Shown in pieces: positions 25,452 to 38,419 of a stretch of DNA of 49,780 bases. Every line of letters starts with the position of its first letter. Position 1 is the stretch's first letter. Below the pieces are notes generated by a model. It was not told the DNA's origin. It searched no databases and was given only the letters and a program-made list of their open reading frames with translations. The position numbers and the translations under genes are program-made. This DNA is from Octopus bimaculoides (Eukaryota), in the NCBI RefSeq assembly GCF_001194135.2, contig NC_068998.1, forward strand, positions 51,914,668 to 51,964,447. Direction: 5' to 3'.

Positions 25452-25584
25452 CATTATCATCATTACCATCATCATCATTATTATTATTATTATTATTATT
25501 ATCATCGTCATCATATTATTATTATTACTATTATTATTATTATTATTATCATTATTATTATTATTATTCTCATTATTATTATTA

Positions 25585-25627
<43 letters not shown>

Positions 25628-25716
25628 TCTCATTATTATTATTATCATTATTATTATTATTATTATTCTCATTATTATTATTATTATCATTATTATTATT
25701 ATTATTATTATTTCTC
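25452..25716. repeat. (ATT)n array with periodic CTC/ATC variants
   Basis: Directly visible; source of the poly-Asn minus-strand ORF. Confidence 0.97.
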
Positions 25717-26399
25717 ATGAATAATGATTCAGAAAGGTATTTTGCTGAAGGCATGGCAAGCACTTCTAACAATTATATGGAAATAGTGTTCTACTTATTG
25801 TGAATATTTTGTGAAAATGAGGAGACGAACTGTTCACCGAATCTTAGCTCCGTTGTTATTTCCGCACAGATACCACACAATGGATTTAGTATTTCCTCTA
25901 CTTTTAATTTTTTTTAAATATTTTTATGTTATACTTTTATTTCCATACATGTAAATTACATTGAAATAAGACAACAATAGAAAAATATAAATTACACATT
26001 TCATTCCGATAAGAGATTACATTACATTCAGTGTTTCCGCAAAAAGTTAGTGTAATGAGATGTAAGGTGTAAATGATCGGAGCAGAACAGATGTATTTTG
26101 GAATTTTTTTTTCACTCTTCTATTGTCCTGAAATTTAGTTCTCTAAAGTTGCACAATTCCACTTGCCCTTTCACACACTTCTTGTATCCTCCTTCATGTA
26201 CAAAAACGTTCAGCACCTTTGCTTTGATATTTTGATTTGTAACATAGACAGAAGGCTACAAATTTGGTAAGTGGAGCGTTAGGTCACTTATGTCAACTCC
26301 ACCATCTGATTGCTACTTTATTTTATTGCTTCACCCCATGCCAGAATTATTGCTCTAATCTATTGGTTCCACTCCGTCTCACAACTGAGAGATCCTTGT

Positions 26400-26695
26400 C
26401 CTGTGAGCTCACAGTTGCTGGTGCCATATATAAAAAAAGAACCATGCTGGTGTCGCATAAAAAATACCCATGTTAGTGTCACATAAAAACCACTTGTACT
26501 GATGCCACATAAAAAAAAACCTAGTACACCCTGTATAGAGGTTGGCATTAGGAAAGGCATCCAGCCATAGAAACCTTGCCGAAACAGACAACTGGAACCT
26601 GGTGCAGCTCTCCAGCTTACCAGCTCTTGTCGACCTGTCCAACCCATGCCAACATGGAAAATAGACGTTAAATGATGATGATGATGATGATGATA
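26400..26695 (+). mobile_element. SINE/LINE-tail family E/C with (ATG)n tail
   Basis: ggttggcattaggaaaggcatccagccatagaaacc...cccatgccaacatggaaaatagacgttaaatgatgatgatgat. Confidence 0.8.
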
Positions 26696-27206
26696 AAAGT
26701 AGACTTTGATGGGATTTTTGCATTTATAAAGGGATGTCACTAAATGTTACAAGGCACTTTGTTTGACACTACCATTTCTAGCAATTCACTGGCATAGATT
26801 TATTGATATATAGATATTAAAAGAAACATCAATATAAATTAGATTGTTTCTGATCAGTTCGAAAATGAATGCAGTTCATGCCTGTTGAATAAAACATTCA
26901 TGTTGATTGATGTTTTGTGTAAATCAGTGAAAAGGAAAATCTAAAAATATGATCTGTGCTTTTGTTTATGGGGAGATGTGTGAATGAAATTAAAAAAGCC
27001 AGCTGTGATGCAGAAATGATCATGCCTTTATAACATGTACCATGTGTTTGCTAATTGTTTTAGGTGCCTAAGTAGACATGAGTAACCATAAGACACCCTC
27101 TACACCTGTGGTTCTCAGCCTGGATTGTTTTAGGGGCTGCACCAAAACAAATGAAACACTGGTCAATGAAAGAAAAAAATATTATATTTATAGAGGGAAG
27201 ACCATC

Positions 27207-27361
27207 GAGGGTCACTGGAAGGATGCTTGAGAGTCACTGGAAGGATGCTCCAGGGCCACTGGATGCTTGAGGGCCACTGATAGGATGCTTGAAGGATGCT
27301 CCAGGGCCACTGGATGCTTGAGGGCCACTGATAGGATGCTTGAAGGATGCTCCAGGGCCAC
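27207..27361. repeat. GC-rich minisatellite, 51-bp unit
   Basis: Identical 51-mers at 27240-27290 and 27291-27341, partial third copy at 27342-27361, related subunits upstream. Confidence 0.92.
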
Positions 27362-29718
27362 ATGAGGACACTCCACCCTTTGGCTCTGTGGTATATCCAG
27401 AAAGTGACAGTCCGAAGTGGAGAAAGTTGCACCAGCACTCAGCTGGTACTCCCTTAAAGTTGAGTAGACTGGAGCCATGTGAAATGAAGTGCCTTGCTCA
27501 ATGACACAATGTGCCATCAAGTTTGGGAATTGAACCTCCCAGCATTTACAATCATTACCTAAATATTGTAACCGTTAGGTCATGTGCCTTCACAGGTGAA
27601 ATTAATTAGTGTAAATTAGGTAAAATTGATGTGAAATTATTAAGCATCAATTTTATGATCAGAATTCAAGAAAATCTTTGAGGGAATTAAGTATTCCTAC
27701 CGGTAGGAACTATTAATGTTTGCCAAGATCTTTAGATCTTGAGATTTGAAAGGATTTTAAACAGAATTGGAAAATTTCCATATGCGTTTGTATTTACAGG
27801 GTTAGAATGCTTGTCAGTTGATAATTCCTGAAGTAATAAAGAGTTTGTGGTAAGGGTCATTGATCCTTGGAGAGGACAACAGAGTGACACAAGGCTTGGA
27901 AATATATCAAATGTTGTAAATGAAGCATTTTTAAATATAAGTAATTTAGCCCTAAGTTTCATTGTCATTTTTTTTATACATAGGGAGCTTGTGTATTTAT
28001 GTTATAGAGTTTATCATCAACAGATGTCTTAGTAATGATTGTTAGGGAAAGAAAGTAATTGAAGATGTTTTAGGGAGAATTTAATGATGACTATTTCTAC
28101 TTCAAAACATGTTAGAGGTGAATGTAGTAGAAAAGTAGTTAAAAGGATCAGAGCAGTTTCCTTTCTTTAGCATCAAGAAGACACATATTTCTGTACAATA
28201 AATTGAGCAGGTCTGTTAACAAAAACAGGAAGAAAGAGAGAGAGAGAGAGAGATAGAGAGAGGAGTTTAAAAGCTTGCTTAGAGTGGGTGTTAATTTTGG
28301 GGCTTGTTTTGTTATTTAGCTTACAGCTCAACCTTGATTGAATAAACCTATAATCAAAAGCATTCCAGTTTTGTTTCCTTTTCACTTTCTGCACTGAACA
28401 TCAATCAATAAGTATGTCTTATTCAATAACCCTGCACTGCATTCATTTTCAAATAGAAATGAAATTATTGAATTTATATTGATGCTGCTTTTAATATTTT
28501 GGTTCCAAGATACATCACACACGTACTCTGGAATTCAATACTATAGTTAAAGTTCCTGGGGTTCATATGAGGATTTCAGGTTTACAATATCAGACAACCC
28601 TGCTTACCCAGTTGACCCACCTCTGGTGGATCAAGTTCCAGTTTGCATCCCAATAGCAACAGATCACATGTCTCCCTTCTTTTTAAGAGATGTCTAGCTC
28701 TGTGTTATCCAATATGTTTTTTTTCTAAGATGGCAAGGGGTAATTTATGGGCGATTTGGTTATTATTTTGTGCAGGTCAAATAACCATGTAATGGATCCC
28801 ACATTGTCATATGACCTTGCCTGTCAAATAAATACATACTCTTGCCCAAAAGATAGACCATTATCTAAAGTTATAGCCATTCTCTCTATTTAGCTGCGCT
28901 TGTTCAAACTTGTTCACTTCAACATGCTCTTGATGGCTTACACATAATTTCTCACATTGGTTTATTAGGAGCTATTGTTCAAGTTATCTGGCTTTAAGTT
29001 CCAACCTATTATATTAAAATGAAAAGGTCATTCACCAGTGGTGTTTCTCACCTCCACTGTGGTGGTTTTTCTTATAATAAAACCTCAGTTTATCCTTGAT
29101 TAAGTTGACTTATTCACTAAAATATTTTAGCTTTTTTGTGAATATGCTCTCTGCTTCAGTTCTGGTATATCTAAGGTTGTATTAAGTCTCCTTCCTTTTT
29201 GAAGACAGTAGGATATGAGTTAAGGAAAATTTGGCTGCTATTTCTAGTGAAGAAGGCAACTATGTAGAAACTGTTCCACTCTCTTTTGGCTTCTTCTATG
29301 AATGCCTGTGCTATTGAATCATATTATAGATATTAACATGTGCTGAGGCAATCTTTTTCAGAGCCTAAAGTATAATTTAGGTATCAAAAGTATATGTATA
29401 TATAGGTGTATGTCTGCATCTATATATATATATAGTCATGTGTATGTATGTATGTATGTATGTGTAGATATTAGTGTATGTATGTATAGTTATTGGTGTG
29501 GTAAATGTGTAACAAGTTAGCCAAGAAAGTTTGGACTCGATTTTCAGCCATGTTAAACTCCCCTTTCTAGCACAATGGTGTCAATGAAGCATCAAGCATG
29601 TGTGTGTGTATGTGTGCATATGTATGTGGTTGTACATATATATTTATATGTATTTGTATCTATCTTTCTATCTATATCTGCCTATCTATCTATCTGTCTG
29701 TCTGTCTGTCTATTTCTA

Positions 29719-29918
29719 TATTTATAGGAAGTTAAGTGTATGGCTGGTCATAGAGTGACCAATGGTTTCACATACAGAACGTGCTTAGCCTTATAGACAG
29801 CTCACCAGACTTTCTCGGCCATAAAAGACCAATGAGCCATCCATAAGGCTAAGCACCTTATGGATGTGAAACCATTAGTCACTCAATGACCAGCCATATT
29901 CTTAACTTCCTATAAATA
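29719..29918. repeat. Long imperfect inverted repeat / fold-back (86-bp arms, 28-nt loop)
   Basis: 29719-29804 is the reverse complement of 29833-29918 with 10 mismatches by manual alignment. Confidence 0.92.
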
Positions 29919-30291
29919 CATTACTGCTCTTACATTTAGAGTATGCTTGACAATGTCTATCTATCTGTATTTATTTATTTATATATTTATATTTATATTT
30001 AAAATCAAGATATTTCATTTCAGCAAGCTGAAATGAAACATTCTATCAATTTTATTTTCTTGAATTGAAATGAAAAAAAAAAAAATATTAAAATTTTTTG
30101 TTTTTTATTTTTGTATTTGTCCCATTAAATTTTTCTTTTTTTGTCATATTTTTATACACCAGACTATTTCAGGAAGTTTTCTATTTGGAATCTTTTTCAA
30201 ATATATCTACAGCAAGATGTATAGTGCTTCACATCTTTCTTTGGACAGTTTACATAAAATGTAAACTTTTCAGAAATCAACGTGTGTGTGT

Positions 30292-30330
<39 letters not shown>

Positions 30331-30855
30331 AAAATTTGAGAGGATTACAATAAGCTGGGATTCTACAGCCTGCTCTAAAATAATCTTTTTTTGTGAATTT
30401 TACTTTGCGGTTTTGAAAGAAAATCATTCTTAGAGGAGAAGCATCATTAAAATAAAACTAAAACAAAATAGTTAAAAACAAAAACACTTAAAGGCATTTA
30501 GCATCAAATTCTTTGAAGTAGCAAAACAAAATGTTTTTTTTTTATTTTGCTATTTTTTTCTTTTTTACTTTTTGTTCGTTTATGGTTTTGTAATATTAAG
30601 AATTTAAGGGTCTAACTTTTATTACTATGACTTATTATTTGTTAGCTTGTTTTGTTTATTTATTTAGTTTTGCAGCTATAATAAGTGATTTTAAATATAA
30701 CTCAAAAACTGAGAAGAAGACAAAAGGAAGAAACCAAGATATTACAGTGGGATTGCTTGAAATATTTAATCATTCATTTATTTATTTACATTCTGAAAAT
30801 CTATTTCCAATGGAACAAATAAGGTTACTTTGGTTATAAGGGATATTCTTGGAGA

Positions 30856-30859
<4 letters not shown>

Positions 30860-30897
<38 letters not shown>

Positions 30898-31012
30898 TTA
30901 ACTCTGAAATTATTAAATCTTCTTTGATATAGACATAGTAATACAGTTTCACTTCTGACTTATAATAGCAATTAGTATGTATGTATGTATGTGTTTGCCT
31001 CTGTCCTCTGTC

Positions 31013-31071
<59 letters not shown>

Positions 31072-31072
31072 G
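30860..31072. repeat. (ATT)n near 30860-30897 and (CT)n(AT)n near 31015-31072
   Basis: Directly visible. Confidence 0.9.
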
Positions 31073-31298
31073 GAATTAGATCAGTAATATAGCAGTAAAA
31101 TAAAGTTATATTTAGATAATGTCTGAAAGATAATAGAGTATTCTTATTCAAACATTGCGCAATAAGATTTAGTACTTATGTTATTCTATTTATTTTGCTG
31201 TGGAGGTGGAGGTATTTTACTTTTGTTGTTTCCACTTTAAGAAGACAAGCCAATGAAGTAGGCTTTATTGTTTGTTTGATCTCCTAGAAATAGCAACT

Positions 31299-31400
31299 TT
31301 CGAGATTAATAAAATAAGTACCAGTTGAACACTGGGGTCAATGAAATTGACTTCCCTGCCTTACTTTCCAAATTGCTAGCCTTGTGCCAAAATGAGAAAG
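31299..31400 (+). mobile_element. SINE family B, 3' part
   Basis: ataaaataagtaccagttgaacactggggtcaatg...gccttgtgccaaaat. Confidence 0.7.
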
Positions 31401-31609
31401 ATTTGACTGATAGCAGTATTTAAAATAGTAAGGTGTTACTTGAGGGAGGTTTAGTTGTCATTTCTGTCAGGCCAAGTAACAACATAAAGGCTCCTTCATT
31501 TCACTTGGTGTGGCACATGATTGTATGTATTACGAGCTCTGTCCCATGTGTGTATGCCAGGAGTTACTTGAAAGCATATTTGTACATTGTATAACACTTT
31601 ATGGATTCA

Positions 31610-31760
31610 AGCTGAAACCTTGTGGTTTCAGGTTTAGCTTCCTTGTGCAGCATCTTCAGCAAATGTCTTCTGCTATAGCCCTGAGCCAGCCAATGCCTTG
31701 TGATTGAATGATTAGATTTGGTAGACGGAAACTGAAAGAAGGCATATTGTGTGTGTGTGT
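31610..31760 (+). mobile_element. SINE family A head
   Basis: gcaaatgtcttctgctatagccctgagcc...gatttggtagacggaaactgaaagaag. Confidence 0.7.
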
Positions 31761-31974
31761 GTTAAATAAAATGTGACAACAAAGCCAAGGCAGTGTGAAA
31801 TTTCCAGGACATTTATAAATAGAAAGGTAGTCTTACAGCTGTTCCAAGGATATAAAGGATATCCCATCATCAGAGACGATATGAGAGAGTTAAATAGAAG
31901 GAATTAATAGAGTTTAATATAAAAAGTTATTTTGGAAGGGAAAGATATTGGAAGTATAAAGGGAAATATGAGAG

Positions 31975-32144
31975 AATAAAAATATATGTTGGATGTTACA
32001 GTTGCGGTTCCATTATCCAAGGAAAATGTTGTGTAGAATGGGTAAAGAAGGTTTCTTGTCCATGGTATGTAAATTCTGATAGGAGTTCAGCACTTCCCTT
32101 GGATAATGGAACTGCAACTGTAACATCCAACATATATTTTTATT
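31975..32144. repeat. Near-perfect inverted repeat (48-bp arms, 74-nt spacer)
   Basis: 31975-32022 vs 32097-32144: one difference, a G.U pair on the + strand RNA. Confidence 0.95.
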
Positions 32145-34484
32145 TTTATTCTCTTATCTCGTTATATACTGTAGAAAATGAAAATTTAACTCATTGATTT
32201 CCATAGAAACACTGCAACCATGGGAAGATGGACATTAAAAATGATGATGATGAATCTCTTGATAAAACATTTCCCCAACAAATCTTGAACACATAACATA
32301 TCGTTATTATTCAGACCCTGGCCTGACCTGATTACTCTGCTCCGTTGATCAAAAGGAATTCTAACCACAATCATCCTGTCAGTTTATCAAGCATTGCCTA
32401 TCTAGGACTATATTGTCTAATGTGTACTTCTCTTTTCAAGATAGCAGGGTGTCACTTGAGGGGTGTTTTCACTGTCATTTCTAGTGGGTTGATAAACTCT
32501 ATAGAAGCTCTCACATTGGTTAATGACACCGAGATATTTATAGAGAATTTATTTTATTTTTTAAGATTAACATTCTATTATTTGTACATAGCTTTCTTCA
32601 AACACTTCCACAATTGTTTACAGAATTGGTATTTGCAGAGTTCCATACATTTATTCATGCTATTCTCTCTACATATATCTATAATATCTATTAATCTTTA
32701 TTTTATATCAGTTACTAGATATAAAACATCTAAAACACGAAACTCAGATATATTCATTTTATTTTATGGTCCTTTGTTAATCCATTCTAAACAGTATGGT
32801 TTTCTTTTTGTTGCTATTAGTCTTTTTTATTTTTAGAGTTTTTTTTTTCATCATCATCATCTTCTCATCATCATTGTTTTAAAATCAATTTTTCATTGCT
32901 TGAATGGGTCAGACAAAATTCATTGGAGCAGATTTTTTATGCTGGTTTCCTTTAAGAACTTACCTACTTTTACTAATCCTGTTATTCAAGAAACATGAAA
33001 AATTATCAAAATCTTGAACCTGCCAGGTCAGAGTTTTCTTAGTGTTAGCTGAAGTTTCCATCTTTCTAAGTTTGTTAGGAAATCTAAAGTTAACTAATTG
33101 CTTTCTGTTTACAGACTATCTATTTTAGTCAATTATAAAATGAATTCCAGCATCTCCTCTCTCAGAAATGGTTAATATTCAGCTCTGATTCTATTAAAAT
33201 ATAGATGTTTATTCTTACTTCCACTCGGCTCATTGACACCAAGCTTTCTTTCTTTAAGTGCATTTTGGTGTATACACATGCTCAGAAATGCAGACCTCGT
33301 AATCAAAGTAATTTAAGTATTTGCAAAACAAGAAATGATTAAAACAAAACATACATATTTAATACCCTTCTGCAAATAAACTCAACCTATAAGATCTACA
33401 CCCCTTATTTCTATTTACGTTTTGCTTATGGTCATGATTGGGATATCGTTAAGAATATCCCCCACTGTGACCATAATTAGGAGAATTAAATGGCAGTATC
33501 AACATTTCAGTACTTTTAGTAGCTTAGTTTCAATTCATGCCTGATTGATCAAACCATTGAGATCAAAGGCACTTCACCCATGACCAACTCTTATTATTTC
33601 CATATACAATTTACTAGGGACCATTGTACAATGTGTCCATTATTTTCTAAGATGGTTGTGTACGATGTAAGGAAGATTTGGTTATTATTTCTAGCTGGTC
33701 AAATGTCCACATAAATGCTTGTTCATTGGCTCAGCTTTTAGTTATAAGATGTCAATAAAAAGGTCAGTAACATAACTAGAATACCACAACCCACAAACAC
33801 TGCTGGACAGTGTTTGGCATGTAATCTCTGACCAGACTATATCATAGCATATTTATTATACTAAATCTATTGTATTGAATCAGTTAACCACAATTCCATT
33901 GCATTAACAGAACTATTGCATGACATTATTTAAATACACGGCTTGTCTTGTAATTTCCGACAATACAAATAATTTTGAATGAATTCCAACTCAACGAGTG
34001 GCCATTTCCCTGAATCCTTAGATAAATAGAGTTTACTTTAACATTTCCCAGTCTACTTACAATAACTACACGAGCAACAAAGATTAGTGTCAGACAAAAC
34101 TAGTGTTGCTCTGTGTTGGCTCAAAGGTAATTAATCAAATTTGTGCAATAAAATAATTCCTAGTGTGGTAAAAATTTCGGACAAGAGATTTCTTTAAACA
34201 AGTGAAAATTTGCTCTTGTAAAATGTCAGTAAGTCACCTCTCCTCATGGTACATAAATTTGTCTTATCTTAAAAAATGATACCACCTACCATCTAACTAT
34301 GAGATGTTGTTAGAATTAAGAAGAGCATCCACATTTATAAAGTAGCTACAGTTTCAGCAAAAGTTTAATTTGTGAATTTCAATAGTTGGATAAATTTGTT
34401 GCAGTGCTATGATCACACACACACGAGCTAGAAGAAACAAAATAAAAGAGCATTCAGTACATTATTTAGAGTATATCATTATCA

Positions 34485-35090
34485 CTACCATTTTAATGTC
34501 CACTTTTCCATGCTTGCATGGGTCAGATGGAATTTGTTGAGGTGGATTTTCTATGAGTGAGTACCCTTCCTATCACCAACCCTCACCTTGTTTCCAAATA
34601 AGGTAATATTCTCTATTATCGCACATTGTTTGCATGGAAGATTGGGAAAGAAGAATACTGCTTGCATGATGGTTTACATCTATCACATGAAGTTCAAGCA
34701 AGAAGACAGTAATGCACCCCCCCCCCCACATACACACATGATGGGCTTCTTTCAGTTTCTTATTTCTTTATTGCCCCCAGGGGGTTAAACATAGAGGGGA
34801 CAAACAAAGACAGACAAAGGGATTAAGTCGATTACATCGACCCCAGTGCATAACTGGCACTTCTTATTTAGTCAACCTCAGCAGAATTTGAACTCAGGAC
34901 GTAACGGCAGCCGAAATACCACTAAGCATTTCGCCCAGAATGCTAACGTTTCTGCCAGCTCAAATCTGTTCATGATGCTTAGCCTGAGGCTATAAAAGAA
35001 GACACTTGCCTAAGGTACTATGCAGTGGGAGTGAACCTGAGACCATGTAATTCAGAAGCAAAATTCTTAACCACACAGCTACACCTATAC
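34485..35090 (-). mobile_element. SINE family A+C interrupted by a nested family B-type copy (34760-34961)
   Basis: The A sequence tttcagtttc|...|aaatc...gaggctat...gaagacacttgcc is split by a B-type block (agtcgattacatcgaccccagt...gaatttgaactcag...ctaagcatttcgccc). Confidence 0.75.
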
Positions 35091-35939
35091 TTATAATGTG
35101 TCCATGTATTTATGTTTCTCTTTACCTGTGCAAATTGGTGTGTGAAGTTATGTCTTTTAATCAGAAAAGGAAAAAAACTCAACCAAGCCATTTTATAAAT
35201 AGAGATTGATAAAATGAGCACCAGATTGTAATAAGTTCTGGGACCAATGTGATCAAGTAAATCCCTGGACGGCATCACGCCAGCATGGCTGATGTCCAGT
35301 GACTGAAACTACTAAAAGAATAAATTGATATTTATCAGCTTAAGATTATCTTCGTTTGCACATAGAAATATTTACTAGAACAAAACAGAAACTAAGTGAA
35401 CTCCTTAATGTAGAACCTGACAGAAAATCAATGAATGCTCCATAGATCACTTCCGATTTTGTTAACTTTCTGCTTCTTGTGTGTTACAATTTCATTTGAT
35501 AATAATTAACTTGCCAATCGCTTTATTATCTGGCTCCATTTTCCAAATTGACTTGTCAGAAATAGAATATTCCACTTTCATATCCATACTTTCTTGAAGA
35601 GAATTCTGCATTTCTATGTGGAATTGGAAATATAAATTTGAAACATTGCTCTGAAATTAATCTTGGGTTTAAGAAAATAAAATATATTTATATTGGGTGT
35701 ATGTATAATATACATCTATATATGTCATCTTTTGTGTGCCCATGTCTTTGTGTTTGTCTTCATGTATGTATATTGCATGTATATAAATGTGCATGTGTGT
35801 GTAAGCCAAAAATTGTCAGCAGGTTCAATCCCAAGCAGTTAAGCTAGTCTTGGATAAAGTACAACCTCACTTTTGCTAACATTCTTACATCTGCTTATTC
35901 CTAATTAAGCAAATGAAAGCTAAAACGATATGGTTGTTG

Positions 35940-36180
35940 GTCATGGACCAATGGAGGATCCTCTATGTGGTCCATTCAACATGTTAGAAATAGCAGCCAA
36001 ATTTTCCTCAGATCATACATTGTCATCTTTATAAGCAAAAACACAAAATGGGATGCCTAAGATATTAAGCCGTCCATAGTACATTATGATAAGAATAAGC
36101 AGGGATGATCACAGCTGAAATATCTTTGATCGTAGGTTTAGCTCAGTCAGGGCTGAATAAGGCAACAGAAACAACATCAA
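35940..36180 (+). mobile_element. Interspersed repeat family G
   Basis: ccaatggaggatcctctatgtggtc...gttagaaatagcagccaaatt...ctttgatcgtagg...cagggctg...aacaac tail. Confidence 0.65.
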
Positions 36181-36689
36181 TTGATTTTATATAAAAAAAT
36201 CTTTGAGACATCAAGAATATTCTTTCAATTAACAATGAAAAAATAACTCTCTGAAGTTAGTTGTGATTGACAGTCAATAGAATAACATAACTAAAGAGTT
36301 ATTCAATATAAATTATCTTTGATCTCAGAGGAACTAAAGCTGGACTTGTTAACAGTATTGATCAGCTGATTTCAGTTTGAAACTGGTCTTTAGAAATTTC
36401 TTTTAACAATAAAAGCAATGCTTCTTTTGCAATCAAATCTTGTAGAAAAATCATTCACGAGGGTTTTATGATCTATCATTACAGTGTGCATGTGTGTGAG
36501 CATATATATATATATATATGTGTGTGTATGTCTGTGTGTATATATATATTATACTGTGTATTGTATTCACATATTTTCACCAGATCTATACAGTAACAGG
36601 ATAATGTATTTCTTTTTGGTTTTTGTTTTGTTTTGTTTTTACATTTGTTTTACATTTTTTTTTTACATTTGTTTTTTACTTGTTCCAAT

Positions 36690-37149
36690 CATTGGACTGC
36701 AGCCATACTGAGGCACTTCCTTTGAAAGGCTTACTCGAACAAATGGATGTCAGTATTTATTTTATCAGTTGCTTTTTACCAAACTGGTAAGTTACAGGGA
36801 TGTAAATAAACCAGCACCAGTTGTCAAACACTGGTGGGGATAAACAAAAAGACAAGACAAGTGCACATTTATACATACATTTATATATATATATATATNN
36901 NNNNNNNNNNNNNNNNNNNNNNNNNNNNNNNNNNNNNNNNNNNNNNNNNNNNNNNNNNNNNNNNNNNNNNNNNNNNNNNNNNNNNNNNNNNNNNNNNNNN
37001 NNNNNNNNNNNNNNNNNNNNNNNNNNNNNNNNNNNNNNNNNNNNNNNNNNNNNNNNNNNNNNNNNNNNNNNNNNNNNNNNNNNNNNNNNNNNNNNNNNNN
37101 NNNNNNNNNNNNNNNNNNNNNNNNNNNNNNNNNNNNNNNNNNNNNNNNN

Positions 37150-37192
<43 letters not shown>

Positions 37193-37235
37193 TCATCAAA
37201 CATGTATATGATGGGCTTTTTTCAGTTTCCATCAA
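36690..37235 (-). mobile_element. SINE family A + D tail whose internal (TA)n spans the assembly gap
   Basis: aatcattggactgcagccatactgaggcac...ccagcaccagttgtcaa before the gap; gggcttttttcagtttcc after it. Confidence 0.6.
36899..37149. other. Assembly gap (251 N) within a (TA)n tract
   Basis: Run of N flanked by TA repeats. Confidence 0.99.
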
Positions 37236-38419
37236 AAAGATCAGGTGGTATGAGAGGGGAATATATCTATTTAACCACTTGATATCTGTAGGATTTCAGC
37301 CATTCTGCAGCCTTCAACATGACATAATAATTTCAGTCTATAATAATTTATTTTACACACCTGCACAAATAAGCATGCTACACATTGCACAGTAGAATTG
37401 CACATTTACAAATCAATGCAGATATAGAAGGTAGCTCTTCAGATCACCAGAACCAATACTTCAACCCTGGTATGGGAGCCAGGTTGACTAGAGAAGCCGT
37501 ATGTGATCGTCGCAGGATTCTATGAATCCATACATTGCATTACAAATTTTTACACACAAACACATCCAAATAAAAATTCAAGATGGCCAAGGCTGGAATA
37601 TCTTATATCTTCCAAGTCCAATTGATTATGACTAACCTGGAAATAAACAGCAACAATATTTATAGTTAACAATCTTCCATGTGTCTGGACAATCTGCTAG
37701 GCAAGGCAGCAAAATTTCCCTTAAGCCACTTCCTACCATATTAAATAAAGAACACAAAAATGCCTCTGATATACAAGAAACAAAGCATGGTTATGGCTGA
37801 AACTTCTTTGATCATAAGTCTACTCAATCCAGACTAGCCTGGGGTTAAACAACAACTGTCTACATAATAGTTTATATAACAGACAAATCCAAAAACGATG
37901 TTTTCAGCTAAATAATAATTCTCAAAGTTGCGTGAAGTAATTTGCCAATACATCATTGGTGAAGACAATGTCTATGTATTTAACAAGTTTTCTTTGATAT
38001 CCCATTGTCTCTGGTTCAGTCTTACTTGATGGCGCCTTAAACAATTGTCTCCTACTTTAGCCATGGGCGAAATCATTCTTTATGAGTGAAATTTGTTGAC
38101 AGACCAATGGGTATAGTGTTGGTGTGATGAAAAATTTAGGAGGAAAGACAGAATATAAACAAACAGACAAGTGGAGAGCTTATTTATAGGTTTTAATAAT
38201 ACAACAGGTCTAAATATGTAGCAACATGTTCTTTTCGAAATTGTGGAGAAAAATTTGATGAATCTATGTTCCTCAATTGTTACATATTAAAGCTGTTTGT
38301 GAAACACGAGCAGGGAAGGAATTCTGGTTGGCTGACATTCAAGGGAAGTCCATGGAGATGGACAAAATCAGGATGATGGTCGGAAAGAAAACTAGTCAGG
38401 ACTACTTGAGTGAGGGTAG

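Noticed and set aside
25434-25772. 112-aa poly-Asn ORF
   Set aside because: Translation of an (ATT)n array; no splice or homology support.
27207-27361. Direct repeats superficially like a CRISPR array
   Set aside because: Units are contiguous with no unique spacers, no cas genes are present, and the context is a eukaryotic intron.
32345-32836. 163-aa ORF, the longest in the track
   Set aside because: AT-rich F/I/L/Y-biased sequence typical of random intronic ORFs; no motif.
33794-33816. 9-bp stem-loop caaacactg/cagtgtttg, possibly a Helitron end
   Set aside because: No downstream CTRR terminus; the length is within chance.
36757-37282. Long ORFs spanning X residues
   Set aside because: Artefacts of the 251-N gap and the TA repeats.
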